Shown here: positions 11,103 through 22,483 of the stretch, piece by piece
Position numbering within the stretch: the first letter of the stretch is position 1
Layout: every line of letters starts with the position of its first letter
NCBI RefSeq assembly: GCF_006345805.1
Contig: NC_043007.1
Location: 1,674,001-1,738,000, forward strand
Direction of reading: 5' to 3'
DNA: 64,000 bases
DNA from: Octopus sinensis
Taxonomy: Eukaryota
The notes under the pieces: model-generated
The model's database searches: none
What the model was told of the DNA's origin: nothing
Seen by the model: only the letters and a program-made list of their open reading frames with translations
Program-made: the position numbers and the translations under genes

Positions 11103-11707
11103 TCTTTCTTTCATTCTTTTGCTTGTTTCAAGTCATTTGACTGCGGCCATGCTGGAGCACCTCCTGAAAGGGTTTTAGTTGAATAAATCAACCTTAGGAT
11201 TTATTTTTCAAGCCTGATTGTCACTTGTGCCAGTGGAAAAGCACATCCAAATGTGATCGTTGTCAGGGCCACAAATTGACTCCCATACAGGTAGCACGTA
11301 AAAAACACCTTTTGAGGATGGTCATTGCCAGAATGGCATGACTGGGCCTTGTGCCAGGGGACACGTAAAAGCACCCACTACACTCTTGGAGTTGTTGGCA
11401 TTAGGAAGGGCATCCAGCTGTAGAAACTTTGCCAGATCAGATTGGAGAGTGGTGCAGCCATCTGGCTTGCCAGTCCTCAGTCAAACCATCCAACCATTGC
11501 AAGCATTGAAAGCGGATGTTAAACGACGACGACGATGATGATGATATACACTACGGGTTTCTTTCAGTTTCTTTCTACTAAATCCACTCACAAGGCTTTG
11601 GTTGGCCCTAGAGCAAAAGACACTTGCCCAAGGTTCCACACAGTGGGAGTGAACCCAGAACCATGTGGTTGGGAACTAAGCCGCTTACCATACAGCCATA
11701 CATGCAC
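11103..11707 (-). mobile_element. SINE-B split by a family A insertion
   Basis: Tail 11103-11217 and head 11546-11707 on the minus strand. Confidence 0.75.
11218..11545 (+). mobile_element. Family A 3' end nested in a SINE-B copy
   Basis: GTTGGCATTAGGAAGGGCATCCAGCTGTAGAAAC...GTTAAACGACGACGACGATGATG. Confidence 0.85.
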
Positions 11708-12084
11708 CCGCATTTGTTGAAATATCTAATTGAAAAAAAAGAAAAAAAGACACTCTAATCTTTATGGTTGTATTTATTTTCTGAAGATACATTGTATTAA
11801 TCTCTCGTCATTAATTTAAGGTAGTAATTGATTGTGCACGGGTTTCTTTTTCACACATGTTAGGTGTACCATTCAGGCTCTCTCTACTTTAACTTCAAGC
11901 TCTGCAATCGTCAGTTTTCTCTTTCAACTTTTTCTGGGTGTCTAAAGTCCCTGCATAGAGACAGAAGTTTTATAACATCAGAATATGATACCTTACACTT
12001 CTTGTTCTAGTTCCCTATGTTTTTATGTCTTTACCTTTGATAATACCTGCTGCCAAACTGGATTGGTTCCAGTCTTACCAGAAT

Positions 12085-12268
12085 CATCATCATCATTGTT
12101 TAACGTCTGTTTTCTATGCTAGCATGGGTTGGACGATTCAACCGGGGCCTGGGAAGCCAGGAGGCTGCACCAGGCTCCAGTCTGATCTGGCAGAGTTTCT
12201 ACAGCTGGATGCCCTTCCCAACACCAACCACTCCGTGAGTGTAGTGGGTACTTTTTACGTGCCACGGG
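12085..12268 (-). mobile_element. Family A 3' end
   Basis: Family A consensus, opposite orientation to the 11218 copy. Confidence 0.85.
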
Positions 12269-12671
12269 ATGCTGGCTGGTGTTGTGAAAGGAGACTTGTA
12301 TCAAGCATCGGCAATGATTAGTATTCCATAAAAACAAAATCTTGACCAAATCTGCGCCTCTGGTAGGAACTGTGTTGATGTAGATCCATGCTGGCATAAG
12401 AAATATGATTGCCTCTTGTCATGTTTTTGCATTGATGGAATCGTATGTTTGTGAATGTGTATAATTATATGGCTGTGTAGTAATATGGTTGTATGGATGT
12501 GTGTTAGTATGGCCACATGTTTGTGTATTAGAATAGTCACACTGGCGTTAGAAAGGACATTCAGCCCTAGGAACTGTGCCTCAACAGACAGCAGGCGTCT
12601 GGACAGCTTCCTGCTAGCCACCTCCAATGTTAAACCATCCAACCATTGCCAGCATAGAGAGCAGACGTTAA

Positions 12672-13078
12672 ATGACGATGATGATGACGATGATGATGGT
12701 GGTGGTGATGGTGATGATGATGATGGTGATGTTGATGATGGTGATGATGTTGATGATGATGATGATGATGATGGTGATTATGATGATGATGATGATGTTT
12801 TGATGATGGTGATGGCGATGATGGTGATGGTGGTGATAGTGATGATGATGATAATGATGGTGGTGGTGGTGGTGATGATGATGATGGTGATGATAGTGGT
12901 GGTGATGATGATGATGATGATGTAGATGATGATGATGATGATGTAGATGTTGGTGATGATGGTGATGGTGATGATGGTGATTATGATGATGATGATGATG
13001 ATGATGACGATGATGATGGTGATGATGATGATGATGATGATGATGGTGATGGTGATGATAGTGATGATGATAAGGTGG
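12672..13078. repeat. (GAT)/(GGT) trinucleotide array extending a family A-like tail
   Basis: Direct reading; preceded by GACGTTAAATGACGATG. Confidence 0.9.
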
Positions 13079-13743
13079 TGGTGTTTGGGTATTAGTATAG
13101 TGTACTGTTTCTGTATGTGTGTGGTCACATGTTAATGTATGATTATGGTCATGTGTGTGTGTATGTTTGTATGGTTATGTGAGTGTGTGTGTGTGTGTAT
13201 CACTGTAGTCCCACAATTTTTTCGTATTGTTTACTGTCGTATTTGTGAATAAATCTGAATATTTGTGTTGCAAATAAAGGTTCTTTTGGAGTCAAAATAA
13301 AATCTTGCACAATTCTTTCATTTTTTCTTTTTTAAACATTTCTATTCTTATTTATTAAAAGACTTCGTCTATAATAACATTAATGTAATAATTGAATTTA
13401 TGTAGGATATGGTTTCATATTCTAAAAAGAACAGAAGAGACTATATTATCACTAAGTGAAATATATTTATTAGCAATTCCATCAAAAGAAACATCTTGCA
13501 GTATTAGCCAAAAAAAAAACCGAAAAAGTTACTGATGTCTATATGTCTATTTAAAAGAAAGTCTTTGATATTTGAATTGTATCAACATTTCTTCAATAAT
13601 TTTGATTAAAAAAAGAAGACCATATTTTAGAAAATGGAGGTAGTTTTAACTTGTAATATTGTGAATATTTACAGATGTTTTTGGTAAATTTTTGGTGGTG
13701 TTATTATTTATAATAAATAAATAATACATCAATAATAATAATG

Positions 13744-13780
<37 letters not shown>

Positions 13781-14066
13781 TGATGATGATAATGTAATTT
13801 ACATGGAACGCTATTTTCCATATGTGCTTTAGATATTATTAGGAAATTTGTAAGTTTGTGTGTTTGTAGTTGCAACAATGAATTTGACAACAACACAAAA
13901 CAGCGAAATTTGTTTTCTTTGAAATAACGTCCTTAATTTGACGAGTTTTGGAATCTGTTCAAAAACTTTTAAAATTTACTGCTTCTGCAGTTTTGAGTGT
14001 TTCTGTTTGTAATTCTCAGTTGTTGATTTGGTTGATTTTGTTTTCTTCTCTGAATATATATGTAGA

Positions 14067-14436
14067 GTGGAGGTGCAATGGCCCAGTGGTTAGGGCAGCG
14101 GACTCATGGTCGTAGGATCGCGGTTTCGATTCCCAGACCAGTTATTGTGAGTGTTTATTGAGCAAAAACACCTAATGCTCCATGAGGCTCCGCCAGCTGG
14201 CAGTGGCGAACCCTGCTGTATTCTTTCACCACATATTTCTCTCACACTTTCTTCCTGTTTCTGTTGTACCTGTATTTCAGTGGACCACCCTTGTCACACT
14301 CTGTGTCACACTGAATCTCCCTGAGAACTACGTGAAGGGTACACGTGTCTGTGGAGTGCTCAGCCACTTACGAGGTGGCTATTCCGTTTATTGGATCAAC
14401 TGGAACCCTTGTTGTCATAATCGATGGAGTGCCATG
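14067..14436 (+). mobile_element. SINE-C (tRNA-derived head, tail type 1)
   Basis: GGAGGTGCAATGGCCCAGTGGTTAGGGCAGCGGACTC...GGTTTCGATTCC. Imperfect TSD ATATA(T/C)GTAG. Confidence 0.85.
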
Positions 14437-15486
14437 ATATACGTAGTGTCTTGTTGCAATACATATATGCATGCATGTGTATGCAAATGTGTTTGTGCAT
14501 GTGAGTGTATGTACGAGTAAGTCTGTGTGTGTCTTTGTTTTGGCATGGTGTGATGGTTGTAGATATGTTTGCTAGTCAAACAAGTGATGTCGTTTGTTTC
14601 CGATCTTGTCTGGAAAACACATTTTGCTATGGGGAAATTATTACTTTGGTTGGAAATGGGTGAGGGTTGATGACAACAGGGATGGGGGTGGGATTCATAT
14701 GGCCATAAAAAAAAAGTCTGTCTCAGTAAGTTCTGTGTGACCCATGCAAGCATGGAGAAGCAGGTGTAAAAGCAAAGATGATGATGATGATGTTAAGATA
14801 AGTGACATTTCCATTAAAGTACAAAATATTTTGCAAACTTTTGTCATGTTATGGAACTGAAATAGACTTCCTCGTTTTATTATAACCACATTTGTTGCCC
14901 CATCTCTTTGGAGTTCAGTTAGCTTTTATTTCCCCTTCATTTGAATTTGTTGGGGTTCACACAATTAATTCATATAAAATAAGCTTTGTGCTTGTGATAT
15001 CAGAACTATGAAATATTACATATAAGGGCACAGGGCCAAGATGTCTGGTACTTTGTTGTACTCAAAAGAACCTGACAAAAGACTGAGATGCCTGGCTCCT
15101 TACTGTACTCAAGAAGAAGACACATCTACCACAGCAGAAATGATACCAGTGATGGTGCTATATAAAAGGCATTGCTGCTGGTTCCACATCAAAAACACCC
15201 AGTACACTCTGTAAAGCGTTTGAGATTGAGAAGGGCATCTGGCCATAGAAACCATAGTACAACAGATGATGGAGCCTGGTGTGGCCACTAGTCTTACCAG
15301 CTCTTGTCAAACTGTTCAGCCCATAATAGCATGGAAACTCAATGTTAAATAAATAATGATAATAAGAGTAATAGTGGTAGTAGCAGTAGTAGTATCAGCA
15401 GCAGCAATAAGTCCTGGGGTCGATTTGCTTGACTAAAGGCGGTGCAGCATGGCCACAGTCAAATGATGGAAACAAATAAAAGAATA

Positions 15487-15889
15487 CCATCTACATTTTT
15501 GTTCATATGTTTTTTTGGTTTTTTTTATCATGCCTAGTGCTTCAGTTATTACTGGTATTGTTTTCCCCTTCATGCCCCACATCTTGAATACTTCAATTTC
15601 AACATCTTGGTACTTTGTCAATTCCTCCACTTCTTTTCAGACAATATTCTTGTCAGAAGGGACCGGAACGTCTCTCAGGAAGCAAGTGTTTCTTGTCAGT
15701 CTTTGATTATGTCTGGCCAATTAGCTTTCATTTCTTTGTTAGTTTGACCAAGCCAGTCTCAGATGATTCCGGCCTGGTCATTGTCTTGTACCCAGTTTTG
15801 GCACATGTTTATACCATTCATCGTCAGTTCTTATGTTGTACAGTTGGCACATTGTCCAATAGATATAAGCACTTACTCTGTCATGTCTG
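15487..15889 (-). mobile_element. R4/Dong-clade retrotransposon fragment (restriction-like endonuclease domain, frameshifted)
   Basis: Minus-strand frames give [37 protein letters not shown] and [35 protein letters not shown], i.e. the RHD, PD and KxxKY motifs. Confidence 0.85.
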
Positions 15890-16107
<218 letters not shown>

Positions 16108-16220
16108 TCAGATTTGGCAAGGACTAGACAGTCAGAAATGATGTGGTTTATTATTATTATTATTGTTGTTGTTGTTATTATTATTATTATTGTTATCATC
16201 ATCATCATCACCATCATTAA

Positions 16221-16433
16221 AGTGGGAAGCTGGCAGAAATGTCAGCACGTGGGGCAAAATTCTTAGCAACATTTCGTCTCCCCTTACGTTATGAGTTCAA
16301 ATTCTGCTGAGGTTGACTTTGCCTTTCATCCTTTTGGGGTCGATAAATTAAGTACCAGTTGCGTACTGGGGTTTGATCTAATTGACTACCCCTCTTCCAA
16401 ATTTTCAGGTCCCTTGTGCCTATAGTAGAAAGG
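16221..16433 (+). mobile_element. SINE-E followed by (CTT)n
   Basis: Same head and body as 22255. Confidence 0.8.
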
Positions 16434-16681
16434 CTTCTTCTTCTTCTTCTTCTTTTTCTTCTTCTTCTTCTTCTTCTTCTTCTTCTTCTTCTTCTTCTTT
16501 TCTTCTTCTTCTTCTTCTTTTCTTCTTCTTCTTTCCTTCTTCTTCTTCTTCTTCTTCTTCTTTTCTTCTTCTTCCTTTCTTCTTCTTCTTCTTCTCTTCT
16601 TCTTCTTCTTCTCTTCTTCTCCTTCTTCTTCTCTTCTTCTTCTTCTTTCTTCTTCTTCTTCTTCTTTTTCTTCTTCTTCTT
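16434..16681. repeat. (CTT)n microsatellite
   Basis: Direct reading; abuts the SINE-E tail. Confidence 0.95.
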
Positions 16682-17149
16682 AAAATGTTTTATACAAAAG
16701 TCTCTTATTTTCCAACTTATCTTCCTAAATCTTCAAGTTCATTTACCATTATTCCTAAACTCTATTCCCCCAACAGCTTTTTCTTTCTCCTTCTGGCTGT
16801 TAGAGTTATTTCTAAATTCTTCTCGTCTGCTTCGTTGCCTCACCGTAATTTCCAAGACAAGTTGCCCTCAAGCAAGAATTGAATCTATTTAATCTATCAA
16901 ATATTAATAAGACTTATAAACAGCCATTCTTACACACGCAAAACAGCAGCAAAATTATCTAACCCTCTCAAATAGTGTTTTCTCGTTAATAATTCGAGTA
17001 ATTGAAAGTGTAATCAAATATAAATGACTTTAACTAGTTACTTTTATTATGATATATTTGTGAGGACAGTCATGGTGATGAACTTGGAAGGAAACCAGAC
17101 TGTGTGTGTTTCACCATATTTATTTATGATTTATATTACGATATTATAT

Positions 17150-17299
17150 CATCATCATCATCATCGTTTAACGTTTGCTTTCCATGCTGGCATGGGTTGG
17201 ATGATTTGACTGAGGATTGGCGAACCAGATGGCTGCACCAGGCTCCAATCTGATCTGGCAGAGTTTCTACAGCTGGATGCCCTTCCTAACGCCAACCAC
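17150..17299 (-). mobile_element. Family A 3' end fused to SINE-B
   Basis: Family A consensus ending at GCCAACCACC, continuing directly into SINE-B sequence. Confidence 0.8.
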
Positions 17300-17570
17300 C
17301 ACCTTTAGTCGAACAAATCAACCCCTGGACTTATTCTTTGTAAGTCTAGTACTTATTTTATTGATTTCTTTTGCCGAACTGCTAAGTTTTGGTGACATAA
17401 ATACACTAACATCTGTTGTCAAGTATTGGTGGGGGGACAAACACATTGACACACAGTTTCTGTCTTCCAAATCTACTCACAAGGCTTTGGTTGGCCCAAG
17501 GCTATAGTAAAAGGTATTTGCCCAAGGTGCCACACAGTGGGACTGAACCCAGAACCACGTAGTTAGAAAG
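17297..17570 (-). mobile_element. SINE-B
   Basis: SINE-B body and head on the minus strand. Confidence 0.8.
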
Positions 17571-18147
17571 TAATATTTTGTTTAGTACCAAATCCCTTAA
17601 AGCTCAACGGATGATAAATGGCTCCCTCAATGAATTAGACATCAACCTAGAGTCATCAACATACCCAGGCATGCAGTGCTCGCAATTTGATGGAATTTGT
17701 CATGTAGAATGAATTAGCTTAGCCTATACAGACAACAAAATGTTTATTACTGACAGAGAGTTGTTCTTGGCTGGACTTTGGATATTAATCTGTTACCAAG
17801 ACGACAAATGATGAATTGATTGACTGGAAGTTTCCTGCTAGCTGAGGACTAGTGAGGTGTGAATTTTATTTTTAAAATTATCTTAGAACATGCAATTGTA
17901 TGCAAGGAGTTAATGGGTTTTTTTCCAGTTGAGAAAACAATTGCACTCTTCATTTTATTTAAAAGACAGGAGAGACCTTAATCCTTCCGTTACCATATTT
18001 CTGATGAAATGCACAGATTTTTGTTTGAGTAATTTTTAAAGAAATGAAGAATTAAGTAAAATAAACAATTGCAGCGTGGATGGTGTTTATAAGCCATTTA
18101 AGAAGCTCATAAAAACTGTTAGATTCATTTTAACATTTAAATTTAAT

Positions 18148-18196
18148 TTGTCAAAATATTTTCGTCACTTTGAGACCGTGACCTGTTCACTGACAA
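18148..18196 (-). ncRNA. Putative minimal type I hammerhead ribozyme with G3:C8 core (family G; surrounding repeat about 18015-18212)
   Basis: TTGTCA-GTGAACA-G-GTCAC-GGTCTCAAA-GTGAC-GAAA-ATATTT-TGACAA. 6-bp stem I, 5-bp stem II, palindromic AAAATATTTT stem III. Confidence 0.65.
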
Positions 18197-18687
18197 AAAT
18201 TCTGTGCTGCAACTTTACCATTATTAAACTTGTGTTTGCAACATAAATTGCCCTGAACTTTTGAAGGTTTTAATGGAAATTATTTTTAAACATGAAGTCT
18301 TTTTTGAGTGTGATGATTTAAAAAGGGTTAAGAGGAGTTGTTCTGAAATTCACAAATACAAGCTCCCTCCTCAACAGATTTGGTGAAAGCTTTTGGCGCC
18401 TGTTTTCCCTCTGTGAATGAGATGACAAAATAGATTTTGCTGTCATATAATCTCATTTCTTCACCACTGTGTTAGGAAAAAGTTGCAGTTCCTGAAACAG
18501 GGAAACTGTTCTACTCACTTCTTCAATCCCCTCACCTGAGCCCATTAGAAACATTAGCTTAATGGGTAATTTCTCTGAAAGTCCTTGTGGTGGTTTTGGG
18601 TTTTATTCATTTAAACTTTTTTGATATCAGCCCACCCAAGACTCTCTTTAGTTCTATTATATAAAGTGCCTATACGAAAGTAATCCA

Positions 18688-19133
18688 GAAAATTATGATT
18701 TTTAAATCTCACGAGAGATATTCAGCAACAGTACTTTGGAGTAAAGATTGTTTGCCAACATAACATGGCAGTTCTGGTTTAGGACGAATATTGCTGTAAT
18801 TTAGCCCCAGGAGACATCATCTCCAGCTGGCTATATGACACAATCTGTGTCCTTATATTTTCGAACAAGGGAATGTAGCACCCCAACTCAGCACAAAACA
18901 ATATCTGTGTGTCGCGATTTCTGGGTTATTTCTCTTCATTGTGATACACAGATGTGACAGAAGTTGTGATACACAGATATTGTTTTCAGCTGAGTGGGGG
19001 TGCTAGATTCCCTTCTTCGAAAATATAAGGACACAGATCGTGTCGTATAGCCAGATGGGGCTAAATAACAGCAACATTCGTCCTAAACCAGGACAGCCAT
19101 GTTATGTTGGCAAATAATCTCTACTCCAAAGTA
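18688..19133 (-). mobile_element. Family F copy 1: inverted-repeat element with hammerhead-like motif
   Basis: Arms 18732-about 18915 and about 18965-19133. 11-bp direct repeat AAAGTAATCCA at 18677-18687 and 19128-19138. Confidence 0.75.
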
Positions 19134-19399
19134 ATCCACTTTTAAATTTTGCATCAGAATTCCATGTGAGTATATGTTCTAAAGACCTGTTGAAGAAGGA
19201 TATTGTTATTTCCGTAAATTCTTCATTATTTTCAAAATTAGTGAACCAAAGCAATATATTACAAATGAAGTGTAGCAACAAAAGCATTCAGAATATTTGT
19301 TATAAGTTCGGTACTGGATTAGTGTAGTCATTTATTTTAATGCCAATGGATTTGTTAAATTTAGATTTGCGTTCATCAGCTGTGTCTAATTATGATGGT

Positions 19400-19547
19400 G
19401 ACACTCACGGAGTGGTTGGCATTAGGAAGGGCATCCAGCTGTAGAAAGTCTGGGCCTGGTGCAGCCTCGTAGCTTCCCAGACGCCAGTCAAACCGTCCAA
19501 CCCATGCTAGCATGGAAAGTGGACTTAAAACGATGATGATGATGATA
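19400..19547 (+). mobile_element. Family A 3' end
   Basis: CACGGAGTGGTTGGCATTAGGAAGGGCATCC...(GAT)n tail. Confidence 0.85.
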
Positions 19548-21659
19548 CACATGTCGACACAAAGGCACAATATAAAAAGAAAAATAAACTAATAAAAAAT
19601 AAACTGATAAAAAAAAAACTAATGGGTAGAGCATCTCAGTGACTGGCATATGTAATACAGTTCTCCTCTAGTCTCACCCATGCAGTACCATTTCTCCTTG
19701 TCTTTTCTAATTGAGAGAAGATTACATTAGTTTGCTGTTACCAAAACAAACAATTTTAAACTGATATCATAAAGCTCGCTTCTTGTAAAGCAATATATCA
19801 GTTTGTAATGTTTGAAATTTTACATATTTTAGAGCTTTTCTTTGCATTTTAGAAAGTAAACAAAAAACAAAAAAAAAACTGAAGGCCCCCAATTTGATAT
19901 ATTTCAGCCGATCTTTATGGGAAACATTTTTTGTTATGTTTCAAACAATCTTTGTTGTGTAGTAACGAAGATTACACAAATTACACTCGTTATCTCTTAG
20001 AAATATTGTTTCATGGTTGTAAGGCTATAGAAAGGATTGACATTTTACTGTCAACAGCTTGGTATGATGCAAAGAAGATAACTAGCGCTGGTGGCGGCTA
20101 CAAGAGATTAATAGTTAAATAATGCCAGCAACCTCATATTTTAAGTGCCAGTGTGTCTCCTATGAAATGTCTACTTTTCCTTTCTTCTTTGTCTCATTCT
20201 TTGTAATTAATTAGTTTTCAGCGAAGATCGACCCTTTGACTCTCATATATATATTTTTTTTTTGTTCCTTTAAGGTTTGATTTTTTTGTTTTCCATTATT
20301 GATTGCTCGTCTTGCTTTTCATCGACAACAACAACAATAATATTAAGAGTAAATTCTATAGATATTGATAGGAGATGAATTCTATAGAGTAGTCTGTGTA
20401 GTTAATTGAATCTCTGGAGCTGACCATTAATAACGATAATAATGTTGACTCGTAGAAAGAACTTCACGGTTATAAAGAAACAAGCCATGTAATTGGTAGA
20501 TGAGAGCGAAGAACAAAAAAGCCTAAAATTCCTTCAACTACTTTAAGGAAACACAAAAACAAATAACGACACATGGAAGTGGTTATTAGTAAGTGGGTAT
20601 CAATATAATAAGATTTATATAGTCTATAACAGGAGTTCCTACATTCTGGCTAATTACATCCGTTCATTCTGGATTTGTACATATTTTTTTCGTTAATTAT
20701 CATTTCTAAAAAATCTGAATTCAAGAATAAAATCTAAAGTAGGTCTGTTTTGTGAAAAAAAAAAAAACAGAAAAAAGACCGTTTTTCTTTCTTTCTACTA
20801 TTTTGGATTTAACGATCGGTATTGTATCTTTCTTAATTATAGTGTTGCTGGTGGAGCTGTGTGATTTAGAAGACTGTGTTTGGTTCTTGTACGTCTTCAT
20901 CATTACTTCATAAAGATGTGAAATAGCATTGTTATGCACTACTTTTATTATTTGAACTTAGAATTAAAATAAAAAAGATTTTGAAGGCAGTATTTTAAAA
21001 TTTTCTCATTGGCAATTGTCTTAGCATGGCAGGAGTGTAAACTCTAATTACTAAACAAAAGAATCTATTTTCCAAAATACAGTTGCCAGAAGGTAAATTG
21101 AATAAGGAAAGTTGTAAGACCCTGATCTATTAGAGATTTAATTAAACGTAAAAACACAATACACAACTAAATGCATCAATATAGCACATCGTGAATATGT
21201 TGCTCCACATTTATGTTTTGTGCCTTTGTGTATTAAAGCAGAAAATCTTAAATTCTCTCATGCCATTACATGCTAAATATTTGACATTTCTTCTTTCATT
21301 AATTAGACACAATTCTCTTACATTCTTGAACTTATTTGGAATTGCAATAGTGAAACTCTATGCGTGGTTTTTGTGTGTGTGTGTGTGTGTTTGGGTGTGA
21401 TTAATCAAGTGTGTCTTGTTAATTAATTATATGACTTAGTTTCACTGCATGCTTAACTATGGTACTGAATTGGCCAAGCTTTTAGCGTGCCAGACAAAAC
21501 GTTTTGCACACACTCTGGTGTCACATAAAAAGCATCCAGTCCACACTGTAAAGAGTTAGTTTGTTAGTTAGTTAATTTTTTGGCACAAAAAGCAAAAAGC
21601 AAGGCCCTGTAAGGGGACATGGAGTTATGTACAGGGTGGTGTTCATGTAAAGAGTTCAG

Positions 21660-21968
21660 GCCACTTGTGGTCAAGGGAGACTTTGAACCGAGCGGTCATC
21701 GGCATCTTCACTATCTGTCCGGCATCTTATTCCACGGATCTGCAACCCGGACGGAGAAAGCCCCTCTCCTTCGATTGATATGAAATCGTCGCAGATAGAG
21801 CTTTTCGGAGTGACCCCCCGTAGCCGATGCTCAGGAGCAGGAGTGAAGAATAGCTCTTTCGAGAGGTTACACTTTCTGCTTATGATGTGAGCAAGAATGA
21901 GATCACCATGGCGGCGGCATTTTTCTAGAGAATAAAGGTTGAGTGTCTTCAGCCTTTCTTCATAAGAC
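21660..21968 (-). mobile_element. CR1-type LINE ORF2 3' fragment
   Basis: LSYEERLKTLNLYSLEK-RR-GDLI...RLRG, with frameshifted FSVRVADPWNK-P and FKVSLD motifs typical of CR1 C-termini. Confidence 0.85.
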
Positions 21969-21974
21969 AAAGGT

Positions 21975-22216
21975 GGCATTTGGAAGGGCATCCAGCTGTA
22001 AAGATCATGCCAATTTAACCTTGCCTGTGCTAGTGCCTCATAAAAAGCACTGAGTCCATTCTGGGGAGTGGTTTGTGTTAGGAAGGGCATCCAGCTGTAA
22101 AAACCCTGCCAAAACAGACACAGTATCACAGGGTTGTTTTTCGACTTACCCAACTCCTGTGAACCATCCTACCTATGCATGCATGTAAGATGGATGTTAA
22201 ACAATGATGATGGTGA
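21975..22216 (+). mobile_element. Family A-related 3' end (older, duplicated AAGGGCATCCAGCTGTAAA motif)
   Basis: Two copies of GGAAGGGCATCCAGCTGTAAA and a GATGTTAAACAATGATGATG tail. Confidence 0.7.
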
Positions 22217-22254
22217 TATATATATAGGTGTGTGAGAGAGTTGGTATGTAAAAG

Positions 22255-22483
22255 TGGCGAGCTGGCAGAAGCGTTAGCACGCCGGGCGAAATGCTTTGCG
22301 GTATTTCGTCTGCTGTTACATTATGAGTTCAAATTCCGCCGAGGTCGACTTTGCCTTTCATCCTTTCAGGGTCGATAAATTAAGCACCAGTTATGCACTG
22401 GGGTCGATGTAATCATCTTAATACCTATGTTTGTCTTTGTTTGTCCCCTCTATGTTTAGCCCCTAGTGGGTAGTAAAGAAATA
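22255..22483 (+). mobile_element. SINE-E (tRNA-derived), full length
   Basis: GGCGAGCTGGCAGAAGCGTTAGC...GAGTTCAAATTCC...GTCGACTTTGCCTTTCATCC. Perfect 12-bp TSD GGTATGTAAAAG (22243-22254, 22484-22495). Confidence 0.9.
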
